Positions 1-9,043 of a DNA stretch of 64,000 nt are shown here, piece by piece. Location: positions 124,001 through 188,000 of IMG/VR virus record IMGVR_UViG_3300022744_000022, one strand, 5' to 3'. Within the stretch, counting starts at the first letter, position 1, and each line of letters starts with the position of its first letter. The position numbers were made by a program, and so were the translations under genes. Under the pieces are notes generated by a model. The model searched no databases. It was given only the letters and a program-made list of their open reading frames with translations, and had not been told where the DNA came from.

Positions 1-60
1 TAAAAAGCAAGAGGCTGTGGGACGGATCCCACAGCCTCTTGGCTCAACCGTTGAGACGTT

Positions 61-399
61 TCAATCGTCGCTGGGCTCGTCCTCGTCATCACCGGCGTCA
101 TCGGAATCGTCGTCCTTCTTGGACTTCTTTTTCCGAGACTTCGGCGCTTCTTTGACGACCGGCGGAGCAACGGCGACCGGGGCAGCCTTCGCTTCGCCCG
201 AACGCACACGCAGCACCTTGTCCACGAGAGCGATCAGGTGATCCGTCGAGTGCTTGGCAGCACCCTCCGGAATAGCAACGGGGCCTGCTTCTGCTTCCAG
301 CTCAGCACAATACCCTGCCGCATTGGCGATCTGTCTGCCGTACTGCTTGGCAGTCTGGCATCGGGCCCGGAACTCAGTCAACGCTTGTGGTGTCATCAT
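61..399 (-). CDS. Hypothetical protein with Lys-rich then acidic C-terminal tail
   Basis: Start moved to ATG 399 (AAGAGG upstream); 3' end of next gene overlaps it; GC-rich phage-like codon usage. Confidence 0.7.
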   Translation of the reverse strand: MMTPQALTEFRARCQTAKQYGRQIANAAGYCAELEAEAGPVAIPEGAAKHSTDHLIALVDKVLRVRSGEAKAAPVAVAPPVVKEAPKSRKKKSKKDDDSDDAGDDEDEPSDD

Positions 400-1252
400 C
401 CGCCTCTTGCTTCTGTTGGGGGATAAGAGAATTCTCGCCCAAGAGCTGCGGGATCCTGTGACGGCGCTGAGCCCTACCCCCTGCAATTGCAGCAGAGAGC
501 AACTTGCTCTTGGTGACCTTCGTCTCGTCAATGGGAAGACACGCCCCTGCGTTAGCGAGATCCCGGGGATCCGCCCAGTATGTGTTTCGCATAGGGCCGC
601 CCACGTTCAGAGGACAGAAGTTACGAGCCTCACCACGCCAGTAATCCATGTCCCCGCCCCACTGGATCGGTTTGCCTGGAAGGGTCTGAGGGACAACACC
701 ACTAAAGTAGAGTTCGCGAGCTTGACTGCGAAAGGCCGTCCACCCCTTGACCGTGGATGCCCAGTTGCCTGTGCAACCCTCTGGCGTCGGCCTCTTAGTT
801 GTCGGGTCTTTACCCGTACACTCTACCCAACCCTTCTCAGGCGGCTCTGTGCCTTGCATAGGCAGGTAGCTGACCCAGATTTGGCGGGTGTCCGTGAAGG
901 GTTCACGTCGCGTAATCTTCGAGGACTGCGCGTACATGGCATTGAGCAGAGACTTGTCGCTCCGCATCTCTCGCATGTTCTCCAACGTCTGGAGCAACTT
1001 CTGGGCTTCTTCAATACTGAATCCGCCCTCGCTCACGCAGATCTTGGTGAACCACTCACTCTCAAGGCGGCTTGTCCGAATAGCCTTCCTAGGTTCGGGA
1101 ACCTTGGGCTGCGCTTCGGCTACCACTACCGTGCTAATGGTCTGAACGACCGCTTGAGGGGCAGCCGTCAAATTAGGTACGCTATCTTGCGCCACCGAAG
1201 TTGAGCAGGCCACCATCGCGAAAGAGATGCTTACGAGCTTCAAACTTTTCAT
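374..1252 (-). CDS. Secreted/lipoprotein, possibly SleB-like (Hydrolase_2) cell-wall hydrolase
   Basis: Signal peptide MKSLKLVSISFAMVAC; AGGAG RBS; 'KICVSEGG' and C-terminal 'WGGDMD...NTYW' loosely recall SleB; product is weak inference. Confidence 0.45.
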   Translation of the reverse strand: MKSLKLVSISFAMVACSTSVAQDSVPNLTAAPQAVVQTISTVVVAEAQPKVPEPRKAIRTSRLESEWFTKICVSEGGFSIEEAQKLLQTLENMREMRSDKSLLNAMYAQSSKITRREPFTDTRQIWVSYLPMQGTEPPEKGWVECTGKDPTTKRPTPEGCTGNWASTVKGWTAFRSQARELYFSGVVPQTLPGKPIQWGGDMDYWRGEARNFCPLNVGGPMRNTYWADPRDLANAGACLPIDETKVTKSKLLSAAIAGGRAQRRHRIPQLLGENSLIPQQKQEADDDTTSVD

Positions 1253-1478
1253 TTCCTGTCTCCTAGTTAGATCGCATCACTCTGAGTGCATGAGCCGTGG
1301 GCATGCCTTTCTTCGGACTCAGATCAGCCACGCTGGTTGGCGTTGTGATTAACGCCTGGACCTGTTGACTACGTTTCTGAGTTCATTGGCTCAAGTTAGA
1401 GATCTTTACACTCATCTGGATGCTGTGAAGTTGACCTTGTAACACTGTGACAAGAGAACTATCGTTTAGGGGTTGAAG

Positions 1479-1495
1479 TTGGCACAGCATTTGCA
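1479..1495 (+). promoter_or_regulatory. Sigma-54-type -24/-12 promoter
   Basis: TTGGCAC-AGCAT-TTGCA matches TGGCAC-N5-TTGC in a 320-bp intergenic region. Confidence 0.55.
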
Positions 1496-1556
1496 AGACA
1501 GCACTTAGAAGTGCGCCCACTCTATTACACCAGCCGCACAGGTTTTTGTTGGGCCC

Positions 1557-1562
1557 GGTGTA
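1557..1562 (+). promoter_or_regulatory. GGTGTA promoter-like element
   Basis: 9 nt before ATG 1572; back-to-back copy on minus strand at 1526-1531. Confidence 0.65.
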
Positions 1563-1571
1563 TGTACCCCC

Positions 1572-2030
1572 ATGGCATCGACTCCCACGATTTCTACTTC
1601 ACAGAATGTTGAGCGTCACCGGACCTTGTTGGGCAAGGAGCCCACTGGGATTCAGGTCCGCCTGTACGAAAACTTCCCTACGTTCCGAGGCTTCTCGGAT
1701 AAGACCCTAAACCCCGAGGTCTTGGAGGCCGTGATCGTTTTGGGTCTGACCTTCGGTACGGCGCAGGATCGAGTCTTTGTGCTAGCCCCTGTAGCGCATG
1801 AGGACTGGGTGCTCGAAGAGTTCAACAAGGTCACGGACCTTGTGTTCAACGAGTGCAAGAAGCACCCGCACCGAGCCCGAGTCGCCAAAGCTTACGGCAC
1901 GCTGTTCAAGAAGATGGCCATCATGGGTCGGCTGTTGCAGTTCAAGGAGGAGCCTGTTCGTTGGGTTTCGTTCGGTTTCTCCGCAGAAGATCCGATCCCT
2001 GAGTGGATGCCGCAACGCTTGCTCAAGTAG
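1572..2030 (+). CDS. Hypothetical protein
   Basis: 152 aa ORF, motif-linked start, convergent overlap with next gene. Confidence 0.75.
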   Translation: MASTPTISTSQNVERHRTLLGKEPTGIQVRLYENFPTFRGFSDKTLNPEVLEAVIVLGLTFGTAQDRVFVLAPVAHEDWVLEEFNKVTDLVFNECKKHPHRARVAKAYGTLFKKMAIMGRLLQFKEEPVRWVSFGFSAEDPIPEWMPQRLLK

Positions 2031-2457
2031 GCTCGTCCTCTTTGGCCAAGTGATCAAACAACGTGACCGGCGGTTGAACTGCTGTTGGGACGGGGACCGG
2101 CGGTTGAACTGTCGGGACGGCTTCGGGAGCTGCAACGGGCGTCCTGGTAACTGTTACGGTTCTGGTTTGGAACAGACCCCCGTCCGTTCGCTGCCGACGG
2201 CTTGTTGGCCGCTCACCGAGGAAGCCGTCGAAAACGTCGTCCATCCTGGTGAACACCTCATCCATTCGGTCAAAAGCCTCCGAGGAGATGTCCCTTCGAT
2301 ACAGACGCCGGGGCTGCTCTAGGGGGCGTTCGACCCGAGGTTGAGGGTCAGGGACAGGCTCTTGTCGAGGGGCAGGTTTGGGTCGGGTCCAGAGGTAGAT
2401 CAGGAGCGCCCCCAAAAGGACGCCTGTAATCAACATGCCGATTCCGATCAGGATCAT
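2023..2457 (-). CDS. N-terminal TM protein with C-terminal TLFDHL-acidic tail
   Basis: Hydrophobic N-terminus; GGTGTA 9 nt upstream; 17-nt repeat at 2065/2095 encodes VQPPV twice. Confidence 0.8.
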   Translation of the reverse strand: MILIGIGMLITGVLLGALLIYLWTRPKPAPRQEPVPDPQPRVERPLEQPRRLYRRDISSEAFDRMDEVFTRMDDVFDGFLGERPTSRRQRTDGGLFQTRTVTVTRTPVAAPEAVPTVQPPVPVPTAVQPPVTLFDHLAKEDEPT

Positions 2458-2513
2458 CCTCTAGGGTACACCGGACGAAAGCTCTTGTGCGCTCTGTACC
2501 TGTAGGAGAGTAG

Positions 2514-3110
2514 ATGGCCGCCCTCATGCTTCAAGTCCCTGCCGAGACTGCTCGTGTTCTGCACGAGCTTCCGGTCCCGGGCAATCGAGAACGTCACGAC
2601 CCTCATGTGACGGTCATGTACCTGGGTAAGGATCTGCCGATCGAACGTATTGGCGAGATGCTGCCCGTAATCTACAACGTGACTTCCAAGACGCTACCCT
2701 TTTCAGTGTCCACGAGCCACGTCACCTGCTTCCCTGGGGGCGATGACGGGGTGCCGGTGATTGCACAGATTGACTCACCGGCGTTGCACCGCTTCCGAGA
2801 GAAACTGGTGCAGGCGTTCGAGGCTGCCGACCTTCCCTACGACAACAAGTTCCCCGAGTACAAGCCGCACACCACTCTCGCGTACGATCCTGATCTCGAT
2901 ACGGAAGTGGACCTCGACATCCCCGAAGTCTCATGGGGGGCCCACGAGCTGGTTCTCTGGGGCGCTGATCGGGGGACGGGCCGTCTAGTGGTCAAGTTCC
3001 CGCTGAGCCTACCTGCGGGGAAGGTAGCGAGCACCGGGTCCCACGATGCGCTGTATCGAGCAGCCGTACGACTCTCACTCTGGGGTCAACGCGATAGGCT
3101 CGTGGGCTGA
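2514..3110 (+). CDS. 2H phosphoesterase (2'-5' RNA ligase/ThpR-like)
   Basis: Two HxT motifs (PHVTV, PHTTL) with typical spacing; AGGAG RBS. Confidence 0.85.
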   Translation: MAALMLQVPAETARVLHELPVPGNRERHDPHVTVMYLGKDLPIERIGEMLPVIYNVTSKTLPFSVSTSHVTCFPGGDDGVPVIAQIDSPALHRFREKLVQAFEAADLPYDNKFPEYKPHTTLAYDPDLDTEVDLDIPEVSWGAHELVLWGADRGTGRLVVKFPLSLPAGKVASTGSHDALYRAAVRLSLWGQRDRLVG

Positions 3111-3323
3111 ACTCTTTGGGGCAGGCTCTTTTTTGAGCATAACTAGGCAATGCGTGCATTTGGGGATGTGCCGGTCGTGAGACGGGTGTCGCCAAACGAA
3201 GCCGTCAGCCCGTGGTTTGAGTCGGCCACATAGCGGCCCATTGCCCGCGTGGAAGATCCAATGGGCCACAGGTTTACGGGACCCTCGGTAGAACCAAGCC
3301 CCTATACTGCCGATTCCTTGCAC
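3075..3323 (-). CDS. Small Cys/His protein
   Basis: AHW...LCG...CTHC pattern; start uncertain (GTG 3323 or 3359). Confidence 0.5.
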   Translation of the reverse strand: MQGIGSIGAWFYRGSRKPVAHWIFHAGNGPLCGRLKPRADGFVWRHPSHDRHIPKCTHCLVMLKKEPAPKSSAHEPIALTPE

Positions 3324-3393
3324 ACCCTTGAATTCCCACAAGAAAAATCCACCTACCACAAAATCTCACGTTGTAGGTGAAGCGCTCTAGCCC

Positions 3394-4074
3394 CTATTCG
3401 TCATCTGCCATGAGCAGGTGATCGAACAACGTGAGGGGTTTGGGGCCGGTGATTGCAGTGAATGCCCCAGGCACCACGGTGATCTGAAAGGCCACAGCTT
3501 CTCGCAGGCTATCGATCTGGTGCGTCTGACTCTTGAGCCGGTAACCCTCAGGCACCGCTTGCTGTGCCACGGCGTTGAGATCTTGCCCCACGATCAACCT
3601 ACGGTCCCGGCTAGCGTGGACGCAGTACGTACCGCATCTGGGGCAGAGCCAAAATGTCGTATTCGAGGGGAGCACCTCATTCAGGACTTCGTTGGTCTCA
3701 ACCCCGGAGCAGGAAGCGGGGTTCCAGCAGAGCTTTCCCAGGAAGGAAGCGGCGGCCACTTTCTGGGTAAGCACTTGGGATTGCACGCCTCTTGGGGCAT
3801 GGTTCGGACACACAACCTCGGGTTCCGCCTGACGGGGACGCTCATATCGCAAGAAGGCATGGTCTGAGCAAAACCGTCTAGAGCACTCTTGCCAGCACTC
3901 AGGGGCGGCCCGCTTGAACTGCCACGTGGTGTACTGCCGGTTGAACCCGACGGCTGCCCGTACCCCCGTCAGACTCACGAACGTTACGGTAGTCCCGTCC
4001 ACCCAAGCCACGATCCCCTCGACTCCCGAATGAGTGTCGGTCCAGGTTTCTCCAACTTTAGGTAAGGGCAGCAT
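3394..4074 (-). CDS. Hypothetical Cys-rich (zinc-binding) protein with TLFDHL-acidic tail
   Basis: 226 aa, several CxxC-like pairs, ends PLTLFDHLLMADDE. Confidence 0.8.
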   Translation of the reverse strand: MLPLPKVGETWTDTHSGVEGIVAWVDGTTVTFVSLTGVRAAVGFNRQYTTWQFKRAAPECWQECSRRFCSDHAFLRYERPRQAEPEVVCPNHAPRGVQSQVLTQKVAAASFLGKLCWNPASCSGVETNEVLNEVLPSNTTFWLCPRCGTYCVHASRDRRLIVGQDLNAVAQQAVPEGYRLKSQTHQIDSLREAVAFQITVVPGAFTAITGPKPLTLFDHLLMADDE

Positions 4075-4091
4075 CTTCTTTTGTTGCGTTT

Positions 4092-4110
4092 GGTGTAGAA
4101 GGGCTACACC
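4092..4110. promoter_or_regulatory. Face-to-face pair of GGTGTAG elements between divergent genes
   Basis: GGTGTAG-AAGGG-CTACACC inverted repeat. Confidence 0.55.
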
Positions 4111-4123
4111 GAGTCCCGTAACG

Positions 4124-4558
4124 ATGCCTTCCCCGATTCCCCCGCAGGATGTTCAGCGAGCCCTCATGGCTCTCGGTGTGTCCCAGCAAGACTTTGATGC
4201 CATCCGACGGGTTCCGTTTCCGCAAGCTCAGACGCTACTGCAAGAGTTGAAGACGAAAGCTCGCCGCAACTACAAGCGACTGGCTCTTGAGCTGCACCCG
4301 GACCGGACACAAGGCGATGAAATCAAGGCTCAGTTGTTCGTGTTGCTCGGCCAAGTGCTGGGGGAACTCGACAAGACCACGGTGCATCCGCCTCCGCCGC
4401 CCCCACCTATGCCCTTCGTCAACTTCACCGCTGTGAATGTCTCGACATGGCAAGCATGGCAGGCACACGGCGTCCCTATGTCGTCAGCCACTACAGCCAG
4501 CACCGCTGGGTTTAGCCCAGCACAAGTGATCCGCATCGTGAGGATGCGGCCCCGATAA
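4124..4558 (+). CDS. J-domain (DnaJ-type) protein
   Basis: YKRLALELHPDR with HPD motif; start moved to ATG 4124. Confidence 0.8.
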   Translation: MPSPIPPQDVQRALMALGVSQQDFDAIRRVPFPQAQTLLQELKTKARRNYKRLALELHPDRTQGDEIKAQLFVLLGQVLGELDKTTVHPPPPPPPMPFVNFTAVNVSTWQAWQAHGVPMSSATTASTAGFSPAQVIRIVRMRPR

Positions 4559-4577
4559 CACAGAAGGAGAAAGTACG

Positions 4578-4943
4578 TTGTCAGCATTAGTCGATGAGGA
4601 GAAGGTCTGCCGTGATTGCACGCAGCCCTTCGTGTTTACCGTTCGTGACCAAGAGTTCTTCGCCAAGATGAACTTCACGCCCCCGAATCGCTGCAAGCCT
4701 TGCCGGGATAAGCGTAAAGCCGAGAAGAACGGTGCAGGTGCCTCACCGGGCCGTCCCCCTATGGGCAGGGCTCCGCTTGGTGTGTCCCCCTCGAATCCGA
4801 TCACGGAGTACCGCCAGCGTTTCGAGGGATCAGGTCCGCGTGCCCCGAACCCAGCCACGGTGCCATCGAGAGACGACAAGAACGACGGTCGTCGCCGTCG
4901 GGGCAAGTGGCGCGAGGATTCAGGGGACGGCGCTGATTGGTGA
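4578..4943 (+). CDS. Zinc-ribbon protein (CxxC...CxxC, zf-trcl-like) with basic disordered tail
   Basis: CRDCTQPFVFTVRDQEFF...PPNRCKPCR; AAGGAG RBS before TTG. Confidence 0.8.
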   Translation: MSALVDEEKVCRDCTQPFVFTVRDQEFFAKMNFTPPNRCKPCRDKRKAEKNGAGASPGRPPMGRAPLGVSPSNPITEYRQRFEGSGPRAPNPATVPSRDDKNDGRRRRGKWREDSGDGADW

Positions 4944-5018
4944 GGCTGGTGTAGGGTGTAGAACTGCTCGATACGTCGAGACACGAACGCCTGGATCGCT
5001 CGTCAACCCGTTGCAAAC

Positions 5019-5231
5019 ATGACGTGGCGGCCCATCAAGACAGCACCCAAGGACACTCGGGTTTTGCTGTACGATCCGACTCGGGCGGAGGGCTTCCGGG
5101 TAGCTTCTGGATGGTGGACGCCGAGTACGAAGTCGTGGCGGGACGATTCGGACCTCGTGTGGCACCCGACTCACTGGCAACCGTTGCCTGAGGAACCCCC
5201 AAGAGTGATCAGGACGCAAGGTTTACTATGA
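5019..5231 (+). CDS. DUF551-like phage protein
   Basis: WRPIKTAPKD...PTHWQPLPEEP signature. Confidence 0.75.
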   Translation: MTWRPIKTAPKDTRVLLYDPTRAEGFRVASGWWTPSTKSWRDDSDLVWHPTHWQPLPEEPPRVIRTQGLL

Positions 5232-5440
5232 GCAAGAAAGTCGTTGAGTTCCCAAGGCAGATCCTCAAGGTGGACCTCACCCCGATAGAGCTACGAATGC
5301 TGGCGGACCTCAAGAAGCTGCACGGCTGCAAAACGAACTCGGGCCTCCTGCGCCGTCTACTTCAAGACATCGCCAAGAAGGAAGGGATCAAAGTGCCTCG
5401 GAAGAAAAAGCCGAAGCCCACCGTTGACAGCCCTGCTTAG
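5228..5440 (+). CDS. Small basic protein, possible ribbon-helix-helix DNA binder
   Basis: ATGA overlap; strand-helix-helix pattern. Confidence 0.6.
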   Translation: MSKKVVEFPRQILKVDLTPIELRMLADLKKLHGCKTNSGLLRRLLQDIAKKEGIKVPRKKKPKPTVDSPA

Positions 5441-5520
5441 CGGATTTACCTTCCCCACAGATGCAGATCTTCGGCCACCTCTGGTAGATTCGCGGTCTTG
5501 CTCGCGGCCCACCCTGTGAC

Positions 5521-5916
5521 GTGTTCCCCAACCCGGTCGAACACCCAGTCACAGGAGCATTTATCGTGAGCAAGAAGAACAAGTTTCCGGAAATTAAAGC
5601 AGAATTGCGGGTTCGAGAGCAAGAGAGCCGCTCGATCCGTAAGCAGATCAACGAGTCCGCAGGCATGGAGCGTTGGGGCTTCTGGGCGGACAAGCGTAGG
5701 TACGGGTCCGAGACCCGTGACCTGCTGCTGGCGTACGGCTTCCTTCGTGGGATGCCGTACCGCGTCATCGAGCCCAAGACGCAGCCGAACAGTGGGCCCT
5801 ACGCAACCTGTATCCAGCGCTGCTTGGCAGCCCGTGGGCACGAGGTGCCGCCAGAAGACATCAAGGCGTGGCTTGAAGCCCAGTTACCGGCTGCTGATGA
5901 GCAGGAGGCGGCATGA
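5521..5916 (+). CDS. Hypothetical phage protein
   Basis: 131 aa; LLAYGFLRGMPY segment; start may be GTG 5566. Confidence 0.7.
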   Translation: MFPNPVEHPVTGAFIVSKKNKFPEIKAELRVREQESRSIRKQINESAGMERWGFWADKRRYGSETRDLLLAYGFLRGMPYRVIEPKTQPNSGPYATCIQRCLAARGHEVPPEDIKAWLEAQLPAADEQEAA

Positions 5917-6530
5917 GGCCCGAGCCAGTATGTACTTGCGGCTCTGGGGCACACCCACGTGCCTGCAAGTTGCACCCCGAACTATACCGCCTCCACGTTG
6001 CGGAGCTAAACGTGGAGGGCTACCTGCCCGAAGATGAGCCCGCCGCCATGAAGGCGATGGACGAGTTGAACGCAGCAACGCAAGAAGCCTTGAAGAAGCG
6101 GGGAGATGCGATCGAACGACTCACTCGACTCGTGTTCCAAGCCAACCCGAATCTCAAGAGCTACAGCCTGCTCAAGTTCTGGAAGAAACCGCAAGGTGGC
6201 TTTGGGGGCGCTACCGATTACGAGGTGTGGTTGAGATCGCTCGATCATACGCAGCTGGCTAAGCGTTGGCGGGTCCCCTTCCGCTGCCCGGCTCATGCGA
6301 ATGGACATGCTGGTCCACACCATGAAAGCCGAAGACGTGATCGGTTTTTGTTCCCAGCAAGAGGCCCCGACTTTACTCCTGACCGGACTGGCCGAGATCC
6401 ATGCCAACGCGGGGATGTTCGGTGGGGTCGCCTCGGTGTCCTTCAAAATCAAATGGAAGCAACTAGACCGCCGTGGACAGGCGATCTGTCGCCGTCTGTT
6501 TGGAGACTGCCGTGGATAAGCTCTACCTGA
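5913..6530 (+). CDS. Hypothetical protein; 3' half likely runs over a second gene remnant
   Basis: ATGA overlap; codon bias good to about 6230, then the +1 frame looks coding. Confidence 0.5.
   Translation: MRPEPVCTCGSGAHPRACKLHPELYRLHVAELNVEGYLPEDEPAAMKAMDELNAATQEALKKRGDAIERLTRLVFQANPNLKSYSLLKFWKKPQGGFGGATDYEVWLRSLDHTQLAKRWRVPFRCPAHANGHAGPHHESRRRDRFLFPARGPDFTPDRTGRDPCQRGDVRWGRLGVLQNQMEATRPPWTGDLSPSVWRLPWISST
6235..6519 (+). pseudogene. C-terminal fragment of an HD-domain-like phage protein
   Basis: Open frame ...RLMRMDMLVH...LAEIHANAGMFGG...SFKIKWKQL; stop overlaps next start; no HD-GKP N-terminal half in frame. Confidence 0.45.
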
Positions 6531-6886
6531 TCGTCCGTGAGGATCTGCCGCCTGGGCAACAAGCGGTCCAGGCGGCCCACGCTTTGCGCCTTTTTGTGGC
6601 GCTCCACCCCGAAATTGACCGGGCCTGGTACGAGGAATCGAACACTCTGGCCCTTCTGGGGCTTCCAAACGAGGTCGCGCTCGGTGTAATAGTAGAGAAG
6701 GCTCAGCGCCTTGGTGTCCCGGTGGCCTGCTTCCGGGAACCCGACCGCAACAACGAACTGACCGCAATCGCTCTTGGCCCTCGGGGTAATAACCTGACGC
6801 GGAACCTACCCCTCGCATTACAATGGCCTTCTTCTTCCTTCTCGCAATCCCCCTCGTCCTCGGTGTCCTCGGGTTCATCGTCCTAA
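6512..6886 (+). CDS. Peptidyl-tRNA hydrolase 2 (Pth2)-like protein
   Basis: KLYLIVREDLPPGQQAVQAAHA...FREPD...TAIALGP; start GTG 6512. Confidence 0.75.
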   Translation: MDKLYLIVREDLPPGQQAVQAAHALRLFVALHPEIDRAWYEESNTLALLGLPNEVALGVIVEKAQRLGVPVACFREPDRNNELTAIALGPRGNNLTRNLPLALQWPSSSFSQSPSSSVSSGSSS

Positions 6887-7932
6887 AGACGATCACCTGG
6901 AAGGAGTTCATGGTTCAGGTTGGGGTGCAGCTCGTGATCGCTGCGGCCTCCGCTGGAATCATCTACTCGTCCAACACCTGGGATACCGAGATCTGGAACG
7001 GCTACGTCACGGGCAAGAAGAAGGAGTGGGTTTCGTGCTCGCATTCGTACCGCTGTCACTGCCGTAACGTCGAGAGCTGCTCGGGATCAGGTAAAGATCG
7101 TAGCTGCTCTACACACGAGGAATGCGACACCTGTTACGAGCACCCCAACGATTGGGACTGGGAGGTCTACACTTCCCTGTCTGAGACGATCGACATCGCC
7201 CGCATCGATCGGCGTGGATCCGATGAGCCCCCCCGTTGGACTGCCGTACAGTTGAACGAGCCCACCAGCAGCGAGCACAGCTACACGAACTACATCAAGG
7301 CAGCACCCGATACCTTGTTCCGGCATCAAGGCCTGACCGAGAAGTACCGGAAGGTGCTACCCCAATACCCAGATCAGGTTTACGACTACTACCGGATCAA
7401 CCGCCTTGTGCTCGTGAACGGGACTCAGGTTGAAGATCCTGCGGCCTGGAACCAGAAGCTCTCTGAGATCAACGCGAGGCTTGGCCACGTCAAGCAGGCG
7501 AACATGATCGTCGTGCTGGCTCAAGATGTGCCGGACGACTTCTACTACGCTCTCGAAGAAGCGTGGGTTGGCGGTAAGAAGAACGACATCGTGCTCGTGG
7601 TTGGAGTTGATGGTCAGCTCGCCCCGAAGTGGTCCGCTGTGATGGCCTGGACCACGCAGGAGCTGTTCAAGGTTCAGCTTCGGGACAGCATCATGGACCT
7701 ACCCAAGTTGACCCCCGATGCTGTGGTTGGGGTCATGGGCCGATCAGTCCAGCAAGCTTACAAGCGTAAACCGATGGCGGAGTTCGAGTACCTCCAGGCC
7801 AGCATCACGCCTACGACTACGCAATGGGTCGTGTCGATGCTTTTCGGGCTCATGGCGGCTCTTGGCCTCATTTACGCCATGCACAAGCATGACCTGTTCG
7901 ATGAGGAACACTCCTGGCGGAGGCGTAGATGA
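6823..7932 (+). CDS. Membrane protein with Cys-rich segment and TPM-like domain
   Basis: Two N-terminal TMs, CSHSYRCHC..CDTC, 'AWVGGKKNDIVLVVG', C-terminal TM. Confidence 0.75.
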   Translation: MAFFFLLAIPLVLGVLGFIVLKTITWKEFMVQVGVQLVIAAASAGIIYSSNTWDTEIWNGYVTGKKKEWVSCSHSYRCHCRNVESCSGSGKDRSCSTHEECDTCYEHPNDWDWEVYTSLSETIDIARIDRRGSDEPPRWTAVQLNEPTSSEHSYTNYIKAAPDTLFRHQGLTEKYRKVLPQYPDQVYDYYRINRLVLVNGTQVEDPAAWNQKLSEINARLGHVKQANMIVVLAQDVPDDFYYALEEAWVGGKKNDIVLVVGVDGQLAPKWSAVMAWTTQELFKVQLRDSIMDLPKLTPDAVVGVMGRSVQQAYKRKPMAEFEYLQASITPTTTQWVVSMLFGLMAALGLIYAMHKHDLFDEEHSWRRRR

Positions 7933-8138
7933 CAGACGCACTAGATAGCGGTGGCCTGCACCCGATCAGGGAAAACCTTGCCGATGCTAAGCGCTGCTGC
8001 GAAACCGGCACGTTGAGCACAGAAGATCGAGGCGATTCCTCGCTGTACGGTCGGACCTACCGGCGGATCGTGTGTTCTTGCGGACGTACTGGCCCGTGGA
8101 GCACAGCTCCAGTGCTCCGGTGGAATCAAGAGGTATGA
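7929..8138 (+). CDS. Small zinc-ribbon protein (Lar-like, tentative)
   Basis: CC...CSCGRTGP...RWN; ATGA overlaps. Confidence 0.55.
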   Translation: MTDALDSGGLHPIRENLADAKRCCETGTLSTEDRGDSSLYGRTYRRIVCSCGRTGPWSTAPVLRWNQEV

Positions 8139-8296
8139 CTCGTCCCCGGCATGTAGCGTTGGGCCTCGTGGTCCTTGGTGTAGGTGGCTTTGCACTCGTG
8201 CTAGCCGCGAAGATGTTGCTTCGACTCGTAGTCGGGGTGGCCGTCCTAGGGGCGGTAGGTTGGGTCGGCTACAAGCTGACCCGGAAAGCGGAGTGA
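8135..8296 (+). CDS. Small two-TM membrane protein
   Basis: GAGG RBS, ATG 8135, 53 aa mostly hydrophobic. Confidence 0.7.
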   Translation: MTRPRHVALGLVVLGVGGFALVLAAKMLLRLVVGVAVLGAVGWVGYKLTRKAE

Positions 8297-8297
8297 T

Positions 8298-8861
8298 ATG
8301 AGTACGACAGTTAAGATTCTCTTGGGCTTGAGTGTGGTGTTCTTCCTGATCGGCGGGTCGTTCGTCATGTTCGTCTTCGGGGTGAAGAACACCTGTGTCC
8401 GCATGGAGAACGGAATCGACGCCCAGTACGATCAGAACCAGGCTAATCTCGCGGGCTACACGAACAAGATCATGGACATGGTGCAGGTCCCCGCGATGGC
8501 GAAGAACGCCATCAAAGAGATCGCTCAAGCAGCGATCCAAGGACGGTACGGAGAGAAGGGCTCGCAGGCACTGTTTCAAGCCATCCAAGAACAGAACCCG
8601 ACGGTGGATGCCTCCCTTTACCGCACGCTCATGCAAGGGATGGAGGCCGGACGTAATTCGTTCGATGCGGATCAGAAGACCATTATCGACAAGTGCAACG
8701 TCTACAAGAATTACTACGAAAGCGAACCGCAGGCGTCCTTCGCGGGGTTCTTCGGTTACCCGAAGTACGACAAGACCAAGTGCAAGCCCGTGATCACCGA
8801 GCAGACCGCACAGGACTTCAAGACCAAGCGTACCGGCCCGCTCCAACTCCAAACGCAATGA
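8298..8861 (+). CDS. LemA-like membrane-anchored protein
   Basis: N-terminal TM then helical region; EAGRNSF...YKNY..FAGFFGYP resembles the LemA C-terminus. Confidence 0.6.
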   Translation: MSTTVKILLGLSVVFFLIGGSFVMFVFGVKNTCVRMENGIDAQYDQNQANLAGYTNKIMDMVQVPAMAKNAIKEIAQAAIQGRYGEKGSQALFQAIQEQNPTVDASLYRTLMQGMEAGRNSFDADQKTIIDKCNVYKNYYESEPQASFAGFFGYPKYDKTKCKPVITEQTAQDFKTKRTGPLQLQTQ

Positions 8862-9043
8862 ACCGGCCCGAGCCCACACCGGAGCAATTGAGGGCCCTCT
8901 GGGACCGCGTGGTCACCTACGTGGACGAGGTTCACCTCTCGTGCGAGGAAGCGTACTCGCAAAGTGATACGCCTCAAGAGAAGGCGTACGACCTGATTCC
9001 GGACATCGCTGCAATCGTGGGCTTCTACACCTGGGAAGACTGA
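8858..9043 (+). CDS. Hypothetical protein
   Basis: ATGA overlap, 61 aa. Confidence 0.65.
   Translation: MNRPEPTPEQLRALWDRVVTYVDEVHLSCEEAYSQSDTPQEKAYDLIPDIAAIVGFYTWED

Noticed and set aside
1383-1520. 45-codon minus-strand ORF in the first intergenic gap
   Set aside because: Atypical codon usage, no SD, and the spacing from GGTGTA (5 nt) does not fit the pattern.
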